DNA of 64,000 nt from Ignavibacteriota bacterium. GTDB taxonomy: Bacteria > Bacteroidota > Ignavibacteria > UBA10030. Of the stretch, positions 20,585 to 29,982 are shown one piece after another. Below the pieces are notes generated by a model. That model was not told where the DNA came from. It made no database searches and was given only the letters and a program-made list of their open reading frames with translations. Made by a program: the position numbers and the translations under genes. Position 1 is the first letter of the stretch. Every line of letters starts with the position of its first letter. Location: positions 320,001 to 384,000 of the forward strand of contig CAVSHO010000001.1 of assembly GCA_963727825.1 (NCBI GenBank), in the 5' to 3' direction.

Positions 20585-22384
20585 GTGGTTTATGTGAATT
20601 ATAAAAATGTTCACATTGATTTGGAAGCAGTCCTTGCGAAATATGTACCTTCGTATTGGCAAAAACTTCCCTTAGTATTGCATGCACCTGTCGTTCGATT
20701 CTTCCATCGTATCTTATCGATGGACAGGATAGAAAAGTTCTTATTAGATCATCGCGGCGTTCGAGGTTTCAATCTAATCGATGATTTGTTCGATATGCTT
20801 GAAGTCTCGTTTCTTGTATCGTTACGCGAAATGGAGCGGATACCGACATCCGGTAAAGTCGTCTGCGTCAGTAATCATCCCTTAGGCGGACTTGACGGGC
20901 TTGTTATTTTAAAAGCTATTTACGAAGTCCGTTCCGATGTTCGCATTGTTGTAAACGATGTGCTGCTCAATTTGGAGAGCCTTGCAGATCTGTTTCTTCC
21001 TGTAGATATATTCTCCGGTGTGAACGCCCGCGCAAACAGTCGCAGGATTGATAAATCATTAGCATACGATGAAGCCGTTGTATTTTTTCCTGCTGCAGAA
21101 GTATCACGTATGTCATTGCGCGGTATTACCGATACGAAATGGCACACAGGAGCAGTACGATTTGCCCAACATCATAAAGCTCCGATTCTTCCAATGTATG
21201 TTGGCGCAAAAAATTCAAAATTCTTCTATGGAGTATCACTCATTTCGAAAAAAGCATCGATGCTTTGCTTACCTCATGAAATGCTTCGCAAGAAACCAAA
21301 ACCGATTCGCTTACATGTGGGTGAAATAATTCCGTATGATGCTTTTGCTCATCTACATGCAAAAGCAGCAACAAAACTCATGCGCAAACAAGTTGAAGCA
21401 TTACCTTTTGGTAGAAAAGGACCATTTAGAACAGAACGGGGCATTGCACGACCAATGGAGAAACGAGTACTTCGCCATGAGCTCGATGCTGCGATGTGTT
21501 TAGGATCACCAGCCTCGCGGAAGAAATTGTTCCTCATTACAGCTAATGAGTCGCCACTTGTTGTTCGTGAAATTGCCAGGCTGCGGGAGATAACATTCAG
21601 GCAGGTAAGCGAAGGAACTGGGAAAAGGCTGGATATTGACTCATACGATCAGAGCTATAGGCACTTAATTCTTTGGGATGATGAACGTATGGAAATTATC
21701 GGTGCCTATAGGCTTGGATTCTGCGATGAGATTTTGCCTATCCAAGGAGTACAAGGAATGTACGCTTCGTCTCTTTTTCATTTCTCGGAAGCATTTCTCC
21801 GATTGCTTCCTTTTGCAGTTGAAATGGGGCGCAGTTTCATTCAACGTCCGTATTGGAATTCGCATGCCCTTGAATATTTGTGGGCTGGAATTGGTGCGGT
21901 GATCGCTAATGAACCGACGGTGAAATATCTTTACGGGCCTGTTTCTATAAGCGGAACGTATACTGAGGAAGCGAAAGAAGCGATAGTGTATGTCTGTTCC
22001 AAATGGTACGGCGCACCGGATGGATATGTAACCTCGTTACACCCCTATCGCATAACATATGAAAAGAGAGCAACTCTACATGAATATTTTTGCGGAACAT
22101 CGTACCAGGAGGATTTAAATAAATTGAAGCTGCGTTTGCGTGCCATTGGTGTTTCCGTTCCTACATTGATACGACAGTATTCGGAACTCTGCTCGCCAGG
22201 GGGAGTGCGGTTCTGTGATTTTGGTATCGATGAAGGATTTGGGTCTTGCATCGATGGATTATTCCAATTAGATATGACACATCTGACTCCTGAAAAGTAT
22301 GATCGCTATATCGCACAATATGCATCTGTCCTCCGATATCCGGGGCGAACTATACCGCAGCTGGCCATTCCTTCTGTGTCATAG
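20585..22384 (+). CDS. olsF: Bifunctional ornithine-lipid synthase-like protein (PlsC-type acyltransferase plus GNAT/OlsB-type domain)
   Basis: NHPLGGLDG and FPAAEVSR; EIARLREITFRQVSEGTG, IIGAYRLG, VEMGRSF, VPTLIRQY. Confidence 0.8.
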   Translation: MVYVNYKNVHIDLEAVLAKYVPSYWQKLPLVLHAPVVRFFHRILSMDRIEKFLLDHRGVRGFNLIDDLFDMLEVSFLVSLREMERIPTSGKVVCVSNHPLGGLDGLVILKAIYEVRSDVRIVVNDVLLNLESLADLFLPVDIFSGVNARANSRRIDKSLAYDEAVVFFPAAEVSRMSLRGITDTKWHTGAVRFAQHHKAPILPMYVGAKNSKFFYGVSLISKKASMLCLPHEMLRKKPKPIRLHVGEIIPYDAFAHLHAKAATKLMRKQVEALPFGRKGPFRTERGIARPMEKRVLRHELDAAMCLGSPASRKKLFLITANESPLVVREIARLREITFRQVSEGTGKRLDIDSYDQSYRHLILWDDERMEIIGAYRLGFCDEILPIQGVQGMYASSLFHFSEAFLRLLPFAVEMGRSFIQRPYWNSHALEYLWAGIGAVIANEPTVKYLYGPVSISGTYTEEAKEAIVYVCSKWYGAPDGYVTSLHPYRITYEKRATLHEYFCGTSYQEDLNKLKLRLRAIGVSVPTLIRQYSELCSPGGVRFCDFGIDEGFGSCIDGLFQLDMTHLTPEKYDRYIAQYASVLRYPGRTIPQLAIPSVS

Positions 22385-22562
22385 CATCATAATATATTCT
22401 TAATTCTCTAATAACATCAAATAGTTATTTTAAACAAGAATTTTCGTTTACAAAGATATTTTGTTCTGTTCGTGGTTTTTATCTAGGAGCGTTTGTTCCC
22501 TCAGAAACGAAGTGATAGAGAAATATGACAAGAAAGATTATGAATAACAGGAAGAATGTTTT

Positions 22563-23552
22563 GTGAGTATGATCCAGCAGTTTAATTTCTCGATAATCCG
22601 CATTGATTGGATGTTACTGCTTCTGCCGATGCCCTTCTTCATCGGTATGCTGCTGGACACACTCGCATGGAAGCAATTGCTTCCGCCACATCTTACCTTG
22701 CGGTTCAAATCATTATTTGGTGCACAAGTGGGAACGGAAGCAGTGCTCCTTTCCATTCCCGGCGGCTTTGCCATGACGGATCCGATCAAACTGTATATTC
22801 TTAAACAACGGTTTCACATTCCGCCTTTGGAAGTGTTTACTAGCCTTATTACACGTCATTGGCTGTTGGGAATTACACAACTTATTTTTATAAGCTCAGT
22901 TTGTCTGTTTGGATTTGTCGTTTCAGAACAACAATTACTGACTTCCTATATCCAGGATGGAACATTGTTCATCGCGATAAGCGTACTCATCACTGTGAGT
23001 CTCGGCCTTGGTTTTGTCGTCCGAAAACTCATGCGCGGTACACTTGCCCGTGATGTCTGGAAAATCCTATATAGGATGAATATCCGATTGTTGAGAGAGA
23101 AATTGAAAAGAGCAATAGGTTCTTTCAAAGAGGCCGACCGTTGCTTCGAAGCATTATGTAAAAGAAATGCGTCGAGTATTATATACGCAGCAATGTTTTA
23201 TCTTCTCTTGTGGACAATGGATGTGTGGGAAACAATGCTGGTTGCCCACGCAACAGGATTTCAAATTTCCATTATTAATGCTTTTCTCATTGAAGCAGTT
23301 CTTTCTGCTGTCCGTTTAAGCGTATTCTTCCTTCCTGGAGGTGTCGTAGTAAAAGAACTCGGATATTTTGCTCTCTTTACATCATTTAATCTTGGTATTT
23401 CTATGATTCGGATTTGTTCATTTGTTTTAATAAAGCGTCTGGTATCCATTCTTTGTATTCTTATCGGTTATCTCGTTCTCCTAAGACAAAGAATAGGCAC
23501 GATTTGGAAACATTCATCGATTCCTTATCAAACTATTATGGAAAGTCAATGA
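22563..23552 (+). CDS. Lysylphosphatidylglycerol-synthase TM / flippase-like membrane protein
   Basis: Multi-TM; LDTLAW, IPGG, FFLPGGVVVKELGY, LIKRLV. Confidence 0.75.
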   Translation: MSMIQQFNFSIIRIDWMLLLLPMPFFIGMLLDTLAWKQLLPPHLTLRFKSLFGAQVGTEAVLLSIPGGFAMTDPIKLYILKQRFHIPPLEVFTSLITRHWLLGITQLIFISSVCLFGFVVSEQQLLTSYIQDGTLFIAISVLITVSLGLGFVVRKLMRGTLARDVWKILYRMNIRLLREKLKRAIGSFKEADRCFEALCKRNASSIIYAAMFYLLLWTMDVWETMLVAHATGFQISIINAFLIEAVLSAVRLSVFFLPGGVVVKELGYFALFTSFNLGISMIRICSFVLIKRLVSILCILIGYLVLLRQRIGTIWKHSSIPYQTIMESQ

Positions 23553-24547
23553 AAAAAAAGATCTTACATATTGGGGGAACGTGGAACCAAATTACTCAAC
23601 TACACCAGATTGCAGATATGCTCCCCGAGTATGATCACTGTTTTTCTCCACAGTATTGTGATGGATTATTACGCGTTATTCAGAAATGGGGTTGGTTGGA
23701 TTTCACTGCTCCTGGACGTCCTTGGGTCAAGAGGATAAAAAAGTATATCCATGATCACCAACTCCAGGAAGACTGCGGCGGTGAATCAGGAGATTACGAT
23801 TTAACATTGATTACGACGGATTTAATTGTGCCAAAAAATATTTTGAATGGAAAAGTTGTTCTTGTGCAAGAAGGAATGACCGATCCCGAGAACTTTATGT
23901 TTCGGATGGTTAAATGGTTTCCATTCCTGCCTCATTGGATTGCCAGCAGTTCTGCTAACGGATTGAGCAATAAGTACAATGTACTCTGCGTTGCAAGTGA
24001 GGGTTATCGTGATTTGTTTATACAGAAGGGCGTGAAACGCGAAAATATTATTGTAACAGGTATTCCGAATTTTGATAATTGTAAAAAGTTTTATAACAAC
24101 ACATTTCCATTCCACAAATATGTTTTAGTGTGTACTTCGGATTCGCGCGAAACTTTCAAGTTTGAGAACAGAAAGAAATTCGTGCGACAGGCATATGAAT
24201 TTGCTGACGGCCGACAACTAATTTTCAAACTTCATCCCAATGAAAATATTAAACGTGCAACGAAAGAAATCAATACCTATGCACCAGGTGCTTTAGTGTT
24301 TACAAATGGGAATACTGAAGAAATGATCGCAAACTGTGATGTATTGATAACACAATATTCAAGCGTTGTGTACGTAGGAATTGCTTTGGCAAAAGAAGTG
24401 TACTCGTATTTTGACGTCCAGATGCTGCGAAGATTATTGCCACTGCAGCATGCTTCTGCAGCAAAAAACATTGCACAGGTATGTCGTCTGCTCCTCGAAA
24501 CAGAATCGGTGAGTGTTCCTGACTTATCTTTCGAGATAGTTTCTTGA
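23549..24547 (+). CDS. GT-B fold transferase (CMP-ulosonate transferase / TagF-like)
   Basis: ATGA overlap with the upstream gene; VTGIPNFD, FKLHPNE (HP motif), DVLITQYSSV. Confidence 0.6.
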   Translation: MKKKILHIGGTWNQITQLHQIADMLPEYDHCFSPQYCDGLLRVIQKWGWLDFTAPGRPWVKRIKKYIHDHQLQEDCGGESGDYDLTLITTDLIVPKNILNGKVVLVQEGMTDPENFMFRMVKWFPFLPHWIASSSANGLSNKYNVLCVASEGYRDLFIQKGVKRENIIVTGIPNFDNCKKFYNNTFPFHKYVLVCTSDSRETFKFENRKKFVRQAYEFADGRQLIFKLHPNENIKRATKEINTYAPGALVFTNGNTEEMIANCDVLITQYSSVVYVGIALAKEVYSYFDVQMLRRLLPLQHASAAKNIAQVCRLLLETESVSVPDLSFEIVS

Positions 24548-25356
24548 AAAAGCTGATTATTATACAGGCACGGCTTGGTTCTTCGCGGCTGCCGCGGAAA
24601 GTGATGATGCCATTGAAGGGAAGTCCTTTGCTTCTGCGTATGATTCAACGGGTAACAACTGCGAAAGTAGATTGCGACCTCATTGTTGCGACAACAACGA
24701 ATCCCGAAGATGATGCTATCAGGGATCTTTGTCAGAAGTTCAATATTCCTTGCTACAGTGGTCATCCGATCGATTTGTTAGATCGGCATTACCAAGCTGC
24801 TCTGCAAGAACATGCCGATGTGGTTATTAAGATTCCTTCAGATTGTCCTTTGATCGATCCACGGGTCATTGATAAAGTAGTCAAATACTATGAAGATCAT
24901 GCGGATCAGTATGATTTTGTGAGTAATCTTCATCCTGCAACTTATCCGGACGGGAATGATGTAGAAGTGATGCCATTCGATATTCTTGAAATTGCATGGA
25001 GAGAAGCTGCTCGTTTACTGGAACGTGAGCATACCACACCATTTATCTGGGAACATCCAGAACGATTTAGAATTGGAAATGTACTCTGGGAAACTGGTAA
25101 AAATTTTTCAATGACTCATCGCTGGACGATCGATTATCCTGAGGATTATATCTTCATCAAAAAAGTATATGATTACCTGTGTACGCCAGACTCCCCAGTA
25201 TTTTCAATCTATGATATCCTGGAATTACTGAAGCAGGAACCGATCCTGCCTCTTTTGAATGTAAAATATGCAGGTGTCAATTGGTACAGGCATCATTTAA
25301 ATGAATTAAAAACAGTGACATCGAAAGAAACAAAAATATTATTAGAAACGGCTTAG
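24544..25356 (+). CDS. SpsF-like cytidylyltransferase (CMP-ulosonate synthetase family)
   Basis: IIQARLGSSRLPRKV, SDCPLIDP, EREHTTP, RWTIDYPED. Confidence 0.85.
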   Translation: MKKLIIIQARLGSSRLPRKVMMPLKGSPLLLRMIQRVTTAKVDCDLIVATTTNPEDDAIRDLCQKFNIPCYSGHPIDLLDRHYQAALQEHADVVIKIPSDCPLIDPRVIDKVVKYYEDHADQYDFVSNLHPATYPDGNDVEVMPFDILEIAWREAARLLEREHTTPFIWEHPERFRIGNVLWETGKNFSMTHRWTIDYPEDYIFIKKVYDYLCTPDSPVFSIYDILELLKQEPILPLLNVKYAGVNWYRHHLNELKTVTSKETKILLETA

Positions 25357-25357
25357 C

Positions 25358-26215
25358 ATGTTAGATGAACAAACTCAAATTTTGAAAGATCGCGCGCTTC
25401 ATGTGCGTGAACATATTATCCGGATGGCAACTGACGGCGGTTGCTTTATAGGTGCATCCCTTTCATGTGTCGACCTTATTGTATTTATGTATTCCGACCT
25501 ATTAAATATTACACCGGATAGCATTGATAATCCTGAGCGTGATTATTTCTTTCTTTCTAAGGGGCATGGTGTCCCCGCGTTGTATGGAGCACTCGCCGAA
25601 TTAAACTTCATGCCAAAAGAACGGTTATTACAGCATTTAAAAATATCCAATTCCATGTATTGGCATCCGAATCGATCAATTCCAGGGGTTGAATTTCATT
25701 CGGGTTCGTTAGGACATTTGCTCGCAGTTGCAATCGGTGTTGCCTACGACATAAAGATTCGAGATGGAAACAATCGTGTCTTTGTACTTCTCGGTGATGG
25801 TGAATTGAACGAAGGTTCAATCTGGGAGGCATGCCTTTCTGCTGCAGCACACCAACTTGATAATCTTATCGTAGTCGTGGATCGGAACGAATTTCAGGCA
25901 AATGCACGGACAGAGGAACTTATTCCGCTCGAACCGATTGGAGCAAAATTTGGAGCATTTGGCTGGACCTGGAAAAGGATCGATGGTCATGACTTCAAAG
26001 CAATGGATGCTGTTTTTCATTGTCTTCCATTTCAACATGGGAAACCTAATGTTATTATCGCGAATACCGTACGCGGAAAAGGATTACCCAGCATAGAACA
26101 GCGGGCAGATAGATGGTTCGCCGACTTCACAAAACAGGAAATGGAAATGCTATTGCAAGAATTGCACAGTTCGGTTCCCACCGACATCTCCTCTGAAACT
26201 CTTATGGTTCAATAA
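25358..26215 (+). CDS. Transketolase N-terminal (ThDP-binding) subunit
   Basis: LSKGH, SGSLGH, GDGELNEGSIWEA, IDGHD, TVRGKG. Confidence 0.9.
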   Translation: MLDEQTQILKDRALHVREHIIRMATDGGCFIGASLSCVDLIVFMYSDLLNITPDSIDNPERDYFFLSKGHGVPALYGALAELNFMPKERLLQHLKISNSMYWHPNRSIPGVEFHSGSLGHLLAVAIGVAYDIKIRDGNNRVFVLLGDGELNEGSIWEACLSAAAHQLDNLIVVVDRNEFQANARTEELIPLEPIGAKFGAFGWTWKRIDGHDFKAMDAVFHCLPFQHGKPNVIIANTVRGKGLPSIEQRADRWFADFTKQEMEMLLQELHSSVPTDISSETLMVQ

Positions 26216-26216
26216 C

Positions 26217-27185
26217 ATGACATACGAAGAGAAGCTTGCACAATTATGTGCACAAAATTCCAAGTTGATGATCCTCACCGCTGAAAATCGCGCAGTCATT
26301 CGATCTCTTCCAACGGGACTCGGCAAACGATTCATAGATTTCGGCATTGCAGAGCAAACAATGGTTGGGGCAGCCGCCGGCCTAGCATTGCGTGGGAGAA
26401 TTCCAATAGTACACGCCTTGGCGACATTTCTTACCATGCGTGCATTTGAGTTTATCAGGACGGATGTAGGAATCGCCAAATTGCCTGTAAAATTAATTGG
26501 CGCCGTTCCAGGATTCCTCTCCGATGGCAATGGCCCGACTCATCAAGCGATTGAAGATATTGCACTAATGCATTCGATTCCTTCTATGCAGATATTCTGC
26601 CCATCTGATATTGATGAACTTGTCGATGGACTTGATCAGGTAATCCAAAGTAAATATCCATGTTATGTTCGCTTTAATGCTCGGTCCTCAGTGATTAAGC
26701 ATTTTACGCCATTTGTGTTCGGAGTATCCGAAACAATTACCGATGGATTTGATATAACAATATTGACTTATGGTTTTTTATTGGAACAAGCACTCATTGC
26801 CAGGGAACTCCTGGAAAAGTCGGGAGTGTCAGTTCGTCTTATCAATCTTCGCAGTCTTCATCCTATTGATGAATCCACAATTTTACGAGCCGCTCGAGAG
26901 ACACGGCTGCTCGTGACAGTTGAAGATCATTTTTTAAACGGTGGCCTGTTTAGTATTCTCAGCGAGATTCTTGTTAGAACTCAAACAATGGTCAATGTAT
27001 TGCCAATCGCACTGGAACAATGCTGGTTCTCACCTGGCATATTGCAGGATGTACTTGAACATGAAGGATATACAGGCAAGCAGCTTTCTCAACGAATTCT
27101 TACCAAGTTTACATCAATTCATCAGAATCACATAAAAGTTTCCAAGCATCATAAAGTTTCATTTTTCATACGATCAATTTGTTAA
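26217..27185 (+). CDS. Transketolase C-terminal subunit
   Basis: FGIAEQTMVG, RAFEFIR, GPTHQAIED, TVEDH. Confidence 0.9.
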   Translation: MTYEEKLAQLCAQNSKLMILTAENRAVIRSLPTGLGKRFIDFGIAEQTMVGAAAGLALRGRIPIVHALATFLTMRAFEFIRTDVGIAKLPVKLIGAVPGFLSDGNGPTHQAIEDIALMHSIPSMQIFCPSDIDELVDGLDQVIQSKYPCYVRFNARSSVIKHFTPFVFGVSETITDGFDITILTYGFLLEQALIARELLEKSGVSVRLINLRSLHPIDESTILRAARETRLLVTVEDHFLNGGLFSILSEILVRTQTMVNVLPIALEQCWFSPGILQDVLEHEGYTGKQLSQRILTKFTSIHQNHIKVSKHHKVSFFIRSIC

Positions 27186-27198
27186 AAAAGGGGTTGGT

Positions 27199-28548
27199 AT
27201 GGCAAACACTGTACAAAACAACGAACGATATCCGGATATTACTCAATCGAATAAATTGTATACTCGCGCCTTAACGCTTATTCCTTCACAAACTCAAACG
27301 CTTGCCAAAGGTCCGGGGCAATATATAAAAGGTGTCGCCCCTAAATATCTTGTGCGCGGGAAAGGTTCGCATGTGTGGGATGCAGACGGAAATGAGTTTA
27401 TCGATTATAATATGGGCATTGGTCCGCTATCCCTCGGATATTGCTACCCAGCTGTCGATGAAGCAATCAAGGAACAACTGCAGAACGGAATAACGTTTTC
27501 CATGATGCATCCGTTGGAAGTAGAGGTTGCAGAGTATATCCATGCACTTGTGCCGAGTGCAGAAATGGTTCGTTTCAGCAAGACCGGTGCCGACGTCACG
27601 AGTGCTGCCGTACGATTGGCGCGTGCCTTTACAGGAAGAAACAAAGTTCTTTGCTGTGGGTATCATGGCTGGCATGATTGGTATATAAGTGTCACGGATC
27701 GCGATAAAGGAATTCCGCGGGAAATAGCTAATCTCACACACACGTTCAATTACAACGACATCGATTCGGTTGTTGATTCGATCGACAGTGAGACTGCATG
27801 CGTTATCCTTGAGCCTATTGTGTTCGAAGAACCTAAGGACAACTTTCTTCATTTACTAAAGGGAATATGCGAACAGAATGGAACATTATTGATTTTCGAT
27901 GAAATGTGGACCGGCTTTCGCTTAGCGCTTGGTGGCGCGCAGGAATATTTCGGCGTGAAAGCGGACCTTATGACTTTTTCAAAAGCGATTGCTAACGGGA
28001 TGCCTCTTTCGGTTCTCACGGGGCGCGCCGATGTAATGCAGTTGCTTGAAAAGGATGTATTCTTCTTTACAACATTCGGTGGCGAGGCACTTTCTCTTGC
28101 AGCCGCAAAAGCGACAATTCTCGAAATGTTAGCTCACCAAGTTCCGCAGCGCATTGCCGCACAAGGCAAAAAGTTGCGCACAGGTCTCGATGCAATTCTG
28201 AAGGAAGAAGATATTTATTTTATAAATTGTCGTGGATTTGATTGCAGAACAATGCTTTCAATTGATTCATCTGTTAATAATCCGCTTGCATTAAAATCGT
28301 TTATTCAGCAAGAGTTCTTCAAGAGAGGCATTTTATGGAGTGGGTTTCATAACATCTCTTACTCTCATACCGACGAAGATATCGAATATACCCTAAAAGC
28401 ATATCGTGAAGTGCTAATATATGCAAAACGAGCTGTGCAGGATGATATTGTACTTAATTCTCTTTGCGGTGAAGTTGTGGAGCCGGTTTTTCGGAAGACC
28501 AGCAACTTTCACACTAAGCCAAAGATAGAGGTCGATGGGAAAAAATGA
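27199..28548 (+). CDS. Class III PLP aminotransferase (GSA-aminomutase-like, sugar-pathway type)
   Basis: WDADGNEFID, YHGWHDW, IFDEMWTGFR, FSKAIANGMP. Confidence 0.88.
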   Translation: MANTVQNNERYPDITQSNKLYTRALTLIPSQTQTLAKGPGQYIKGVAPKYLVRGKGSHVWDADGNEFIDYNMGIGPLSLGYCYPAVDEAIKEQLQNGITFSMMHPLEVEVAEYIHALVPSAEMVRFSKTGADVTSAAVRLARAFTGRNKVLCCGYHGWHDWYISVTDRDKGIPREIANLTHTFNYNDIDSVVDSIDSETACVILEPIVFEEPKDNFLHLLKGICEQNGTLLIFDEMWTGFRLALGGAQEYFGVKADLMTFSKAIANGMPLSVLTGRADVMQLLEKDVFFFTTFGGEALSLAAAKATILEMLAHQVPQRIAAQGKKLRTGLDAILKEEDIYFINCRGFDCRTMLSIDSSVNNPLALKSFIQQEFFKRGILWSGFHNISYSHTDEDIEYTLKAYREVLIYAKRAVQDDIVLNSLCGEVVEPVFRKTSNFHTKPKIEVDGKK

Positions 28549-29363
28549 ATTCACTTTTTTCGTTGACGGATAAGGTTGCGTTAGTAACTGGCGCATTAGG
28601 TTTGCTTGGCAGGCAGCATTGCGATGCGCTTGCTCAATCAGGTGCGAATATCGTCGTAACCGATGTCGATCAGGAGGGATGCAATGCTTTTGCCAGAGAT
28701 CTTGCCTCAGAATACCATATCACTGCTTTTGGATGTGCAATGGATATTACCAACGAGGAATCGCTGTGTAGCGTTCGTGATGCGATGCTGAAACAATTCG
28801 GCAGGCTTAATATTTTGGTCAACAATGCTGCGATCAATGATTTAGTTGAAAAACGTAGCAACAAAGTAGATTATTCAAGTTTTGAATTTTTTCCGCTCCA
28901 AGAATGGAAACAATCTCTAGAAGTGAATGTAACCGGGCTTTTCTTGTGCTGCAGAATATTTGGTGCGCTTATGGTTGAAAACGGGAGCGGTAGTATTATT
29001 AATATCGCATCAACCTATGGAATGGTCGCACCTAACCAGTCTATCTATGTTCGCCCCGATGGTACGCGATTAATGTTCAAATCACCAGCATATCCTACAA
29101 CGAAAGGTGCAGTGTTGGCTTTGACAAAATACTTGGCGGCATATTGGGGAAGCAAGGGTATTCGCGTGAATGCTCTTTCACCGGGTGGAGTCGAAAATGG
29201 GCAGGAAGAATTTTTTGTCGAAAATTATTCTGCGAAAACACCTCTGCAGCGCATGGCACATCCAAATGATTATAAAGGCGCAATAGTTTTTCTAGCGAGC
29301 GATGCATCCCAGTATATGACCGGTGCAAATTTAGTCGTGGATGGTGGTTGGACAATCTGGTAA
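28545..29363 (+). CDS. Short-chain dehydrogenase/reductase
   Basis: TGALGLLG, NNAA, YPTTK (YxxxK), IRVNALSPGG, VVDGGW. Confidence 0.9.
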   Translation: MNSLFSLTDKVALVTGALGLLGRQHCDALAQSGANIVVTDVDQEGCNAFARDLASEYHITAFGCAMDITNEESLCSVRDAMLKQFGRLNILVNNAAINDLVEKRSNKVDYSSFEFFPLQEWKQSLEVNVTGLFLCCRIFGALMVENGSGSIINIASTYGMVAPNQSIYVRPDGTRLMFKSPAYPTTKGAVLALTKYLAAYWGSKGIRVNALSPGGVENGQEEFFVENYSAKTPLQRMAHPNDYKGAIVFLASDASQYMTGANLVVDGGWTIW

Positions 29364-29373
29364 TGAAAAGTTA

Positions 29374-29982
29374 ATGGGAAAAAACCCGATAAAACTTATA
29401 GCAACTACCAATAAAAGCGGATTAAAAAGACGCGCAGATCGAATACGGCTGTTATTAACCGATTGCGATGGCGTACTAACGGATAATGGTGTGTACTATT
29501 CTGATCATGGCGAGGAGATGAAACGATTCTCTATTCGTGACGGTATGGGAGTCGCTCGGTTGCGAAGTGCAGGAATTGAGATAGGGATCATTTCAGGAGA
29601 GGCGTCACGGAGTTTGCAGCAACGTGCCGAGAAACTATGTATTACTCATTTATATCTTGGTGTGAAAGATAAACTTCAGCAGGTAATATCTATTGCCAAA
29701 CATCATAACATTCCCCTGGAGGCCGTTGCATATATCGGAGATGATGTAAATGATATCAATGTTATGTCTAAGCTGTATGAAATAAGCTTGACTGCTGTTC
29801 CCAGTGATGCTTTACCTTCAGTACATCGCTTGGCACATTACGTATGTACATGCAATGGAGGACATGGTGCTTTCCGCGAATTTTCAGATTGGATTCTTGA
29901 TCTCCGCGGCACAGAAAAACCTGTCAATGAAACATATGAAAAAATAGATAATTCACTTATTCTTTCAAAGGTAAAAGTATGA
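29374..29982 (+). CDS. KdsC-family HAD phosphatase (ulosonate-phosphate phosphatase)
   Basis: LTDCDGVLTD, FSIRDGMG, YIGDDVND, GGHGAFRE. Confidence 0.88.
   Translation: MGKNPIKLIATTNKSGLKRRADRIRLLLTDCDGVLTDNGVYYSDHGEEMKRFSIRDGMGVARLRSAGIEIGIISGEASRSLQQRAEKLCITHLYLGVKDKLQQVISIAKHHNIPLEAVAYIGDDVNDINVMSKLYEISLTAVPSDALPSVHRLAHYVCTCNGGHGAFREFSDWILDLRGTEKPVNETYEKIDNSLILSKVKV

Noticed and set aside
23414-24547. NeuC UDP-GlcNAc 2-epimerase call and the longer 377-aa start
   Set aside because: No GTRPE/GDR-type NeuC motifs are seen; the ATGA overlap at 23549 gives a better start.
27199-28548. hemL (tetrapyrrole synthesis)
   Set aside because: It has YHGWHDW rather than the HemL-type YHGHxD, and sits in a sugar operon with no hem genes.
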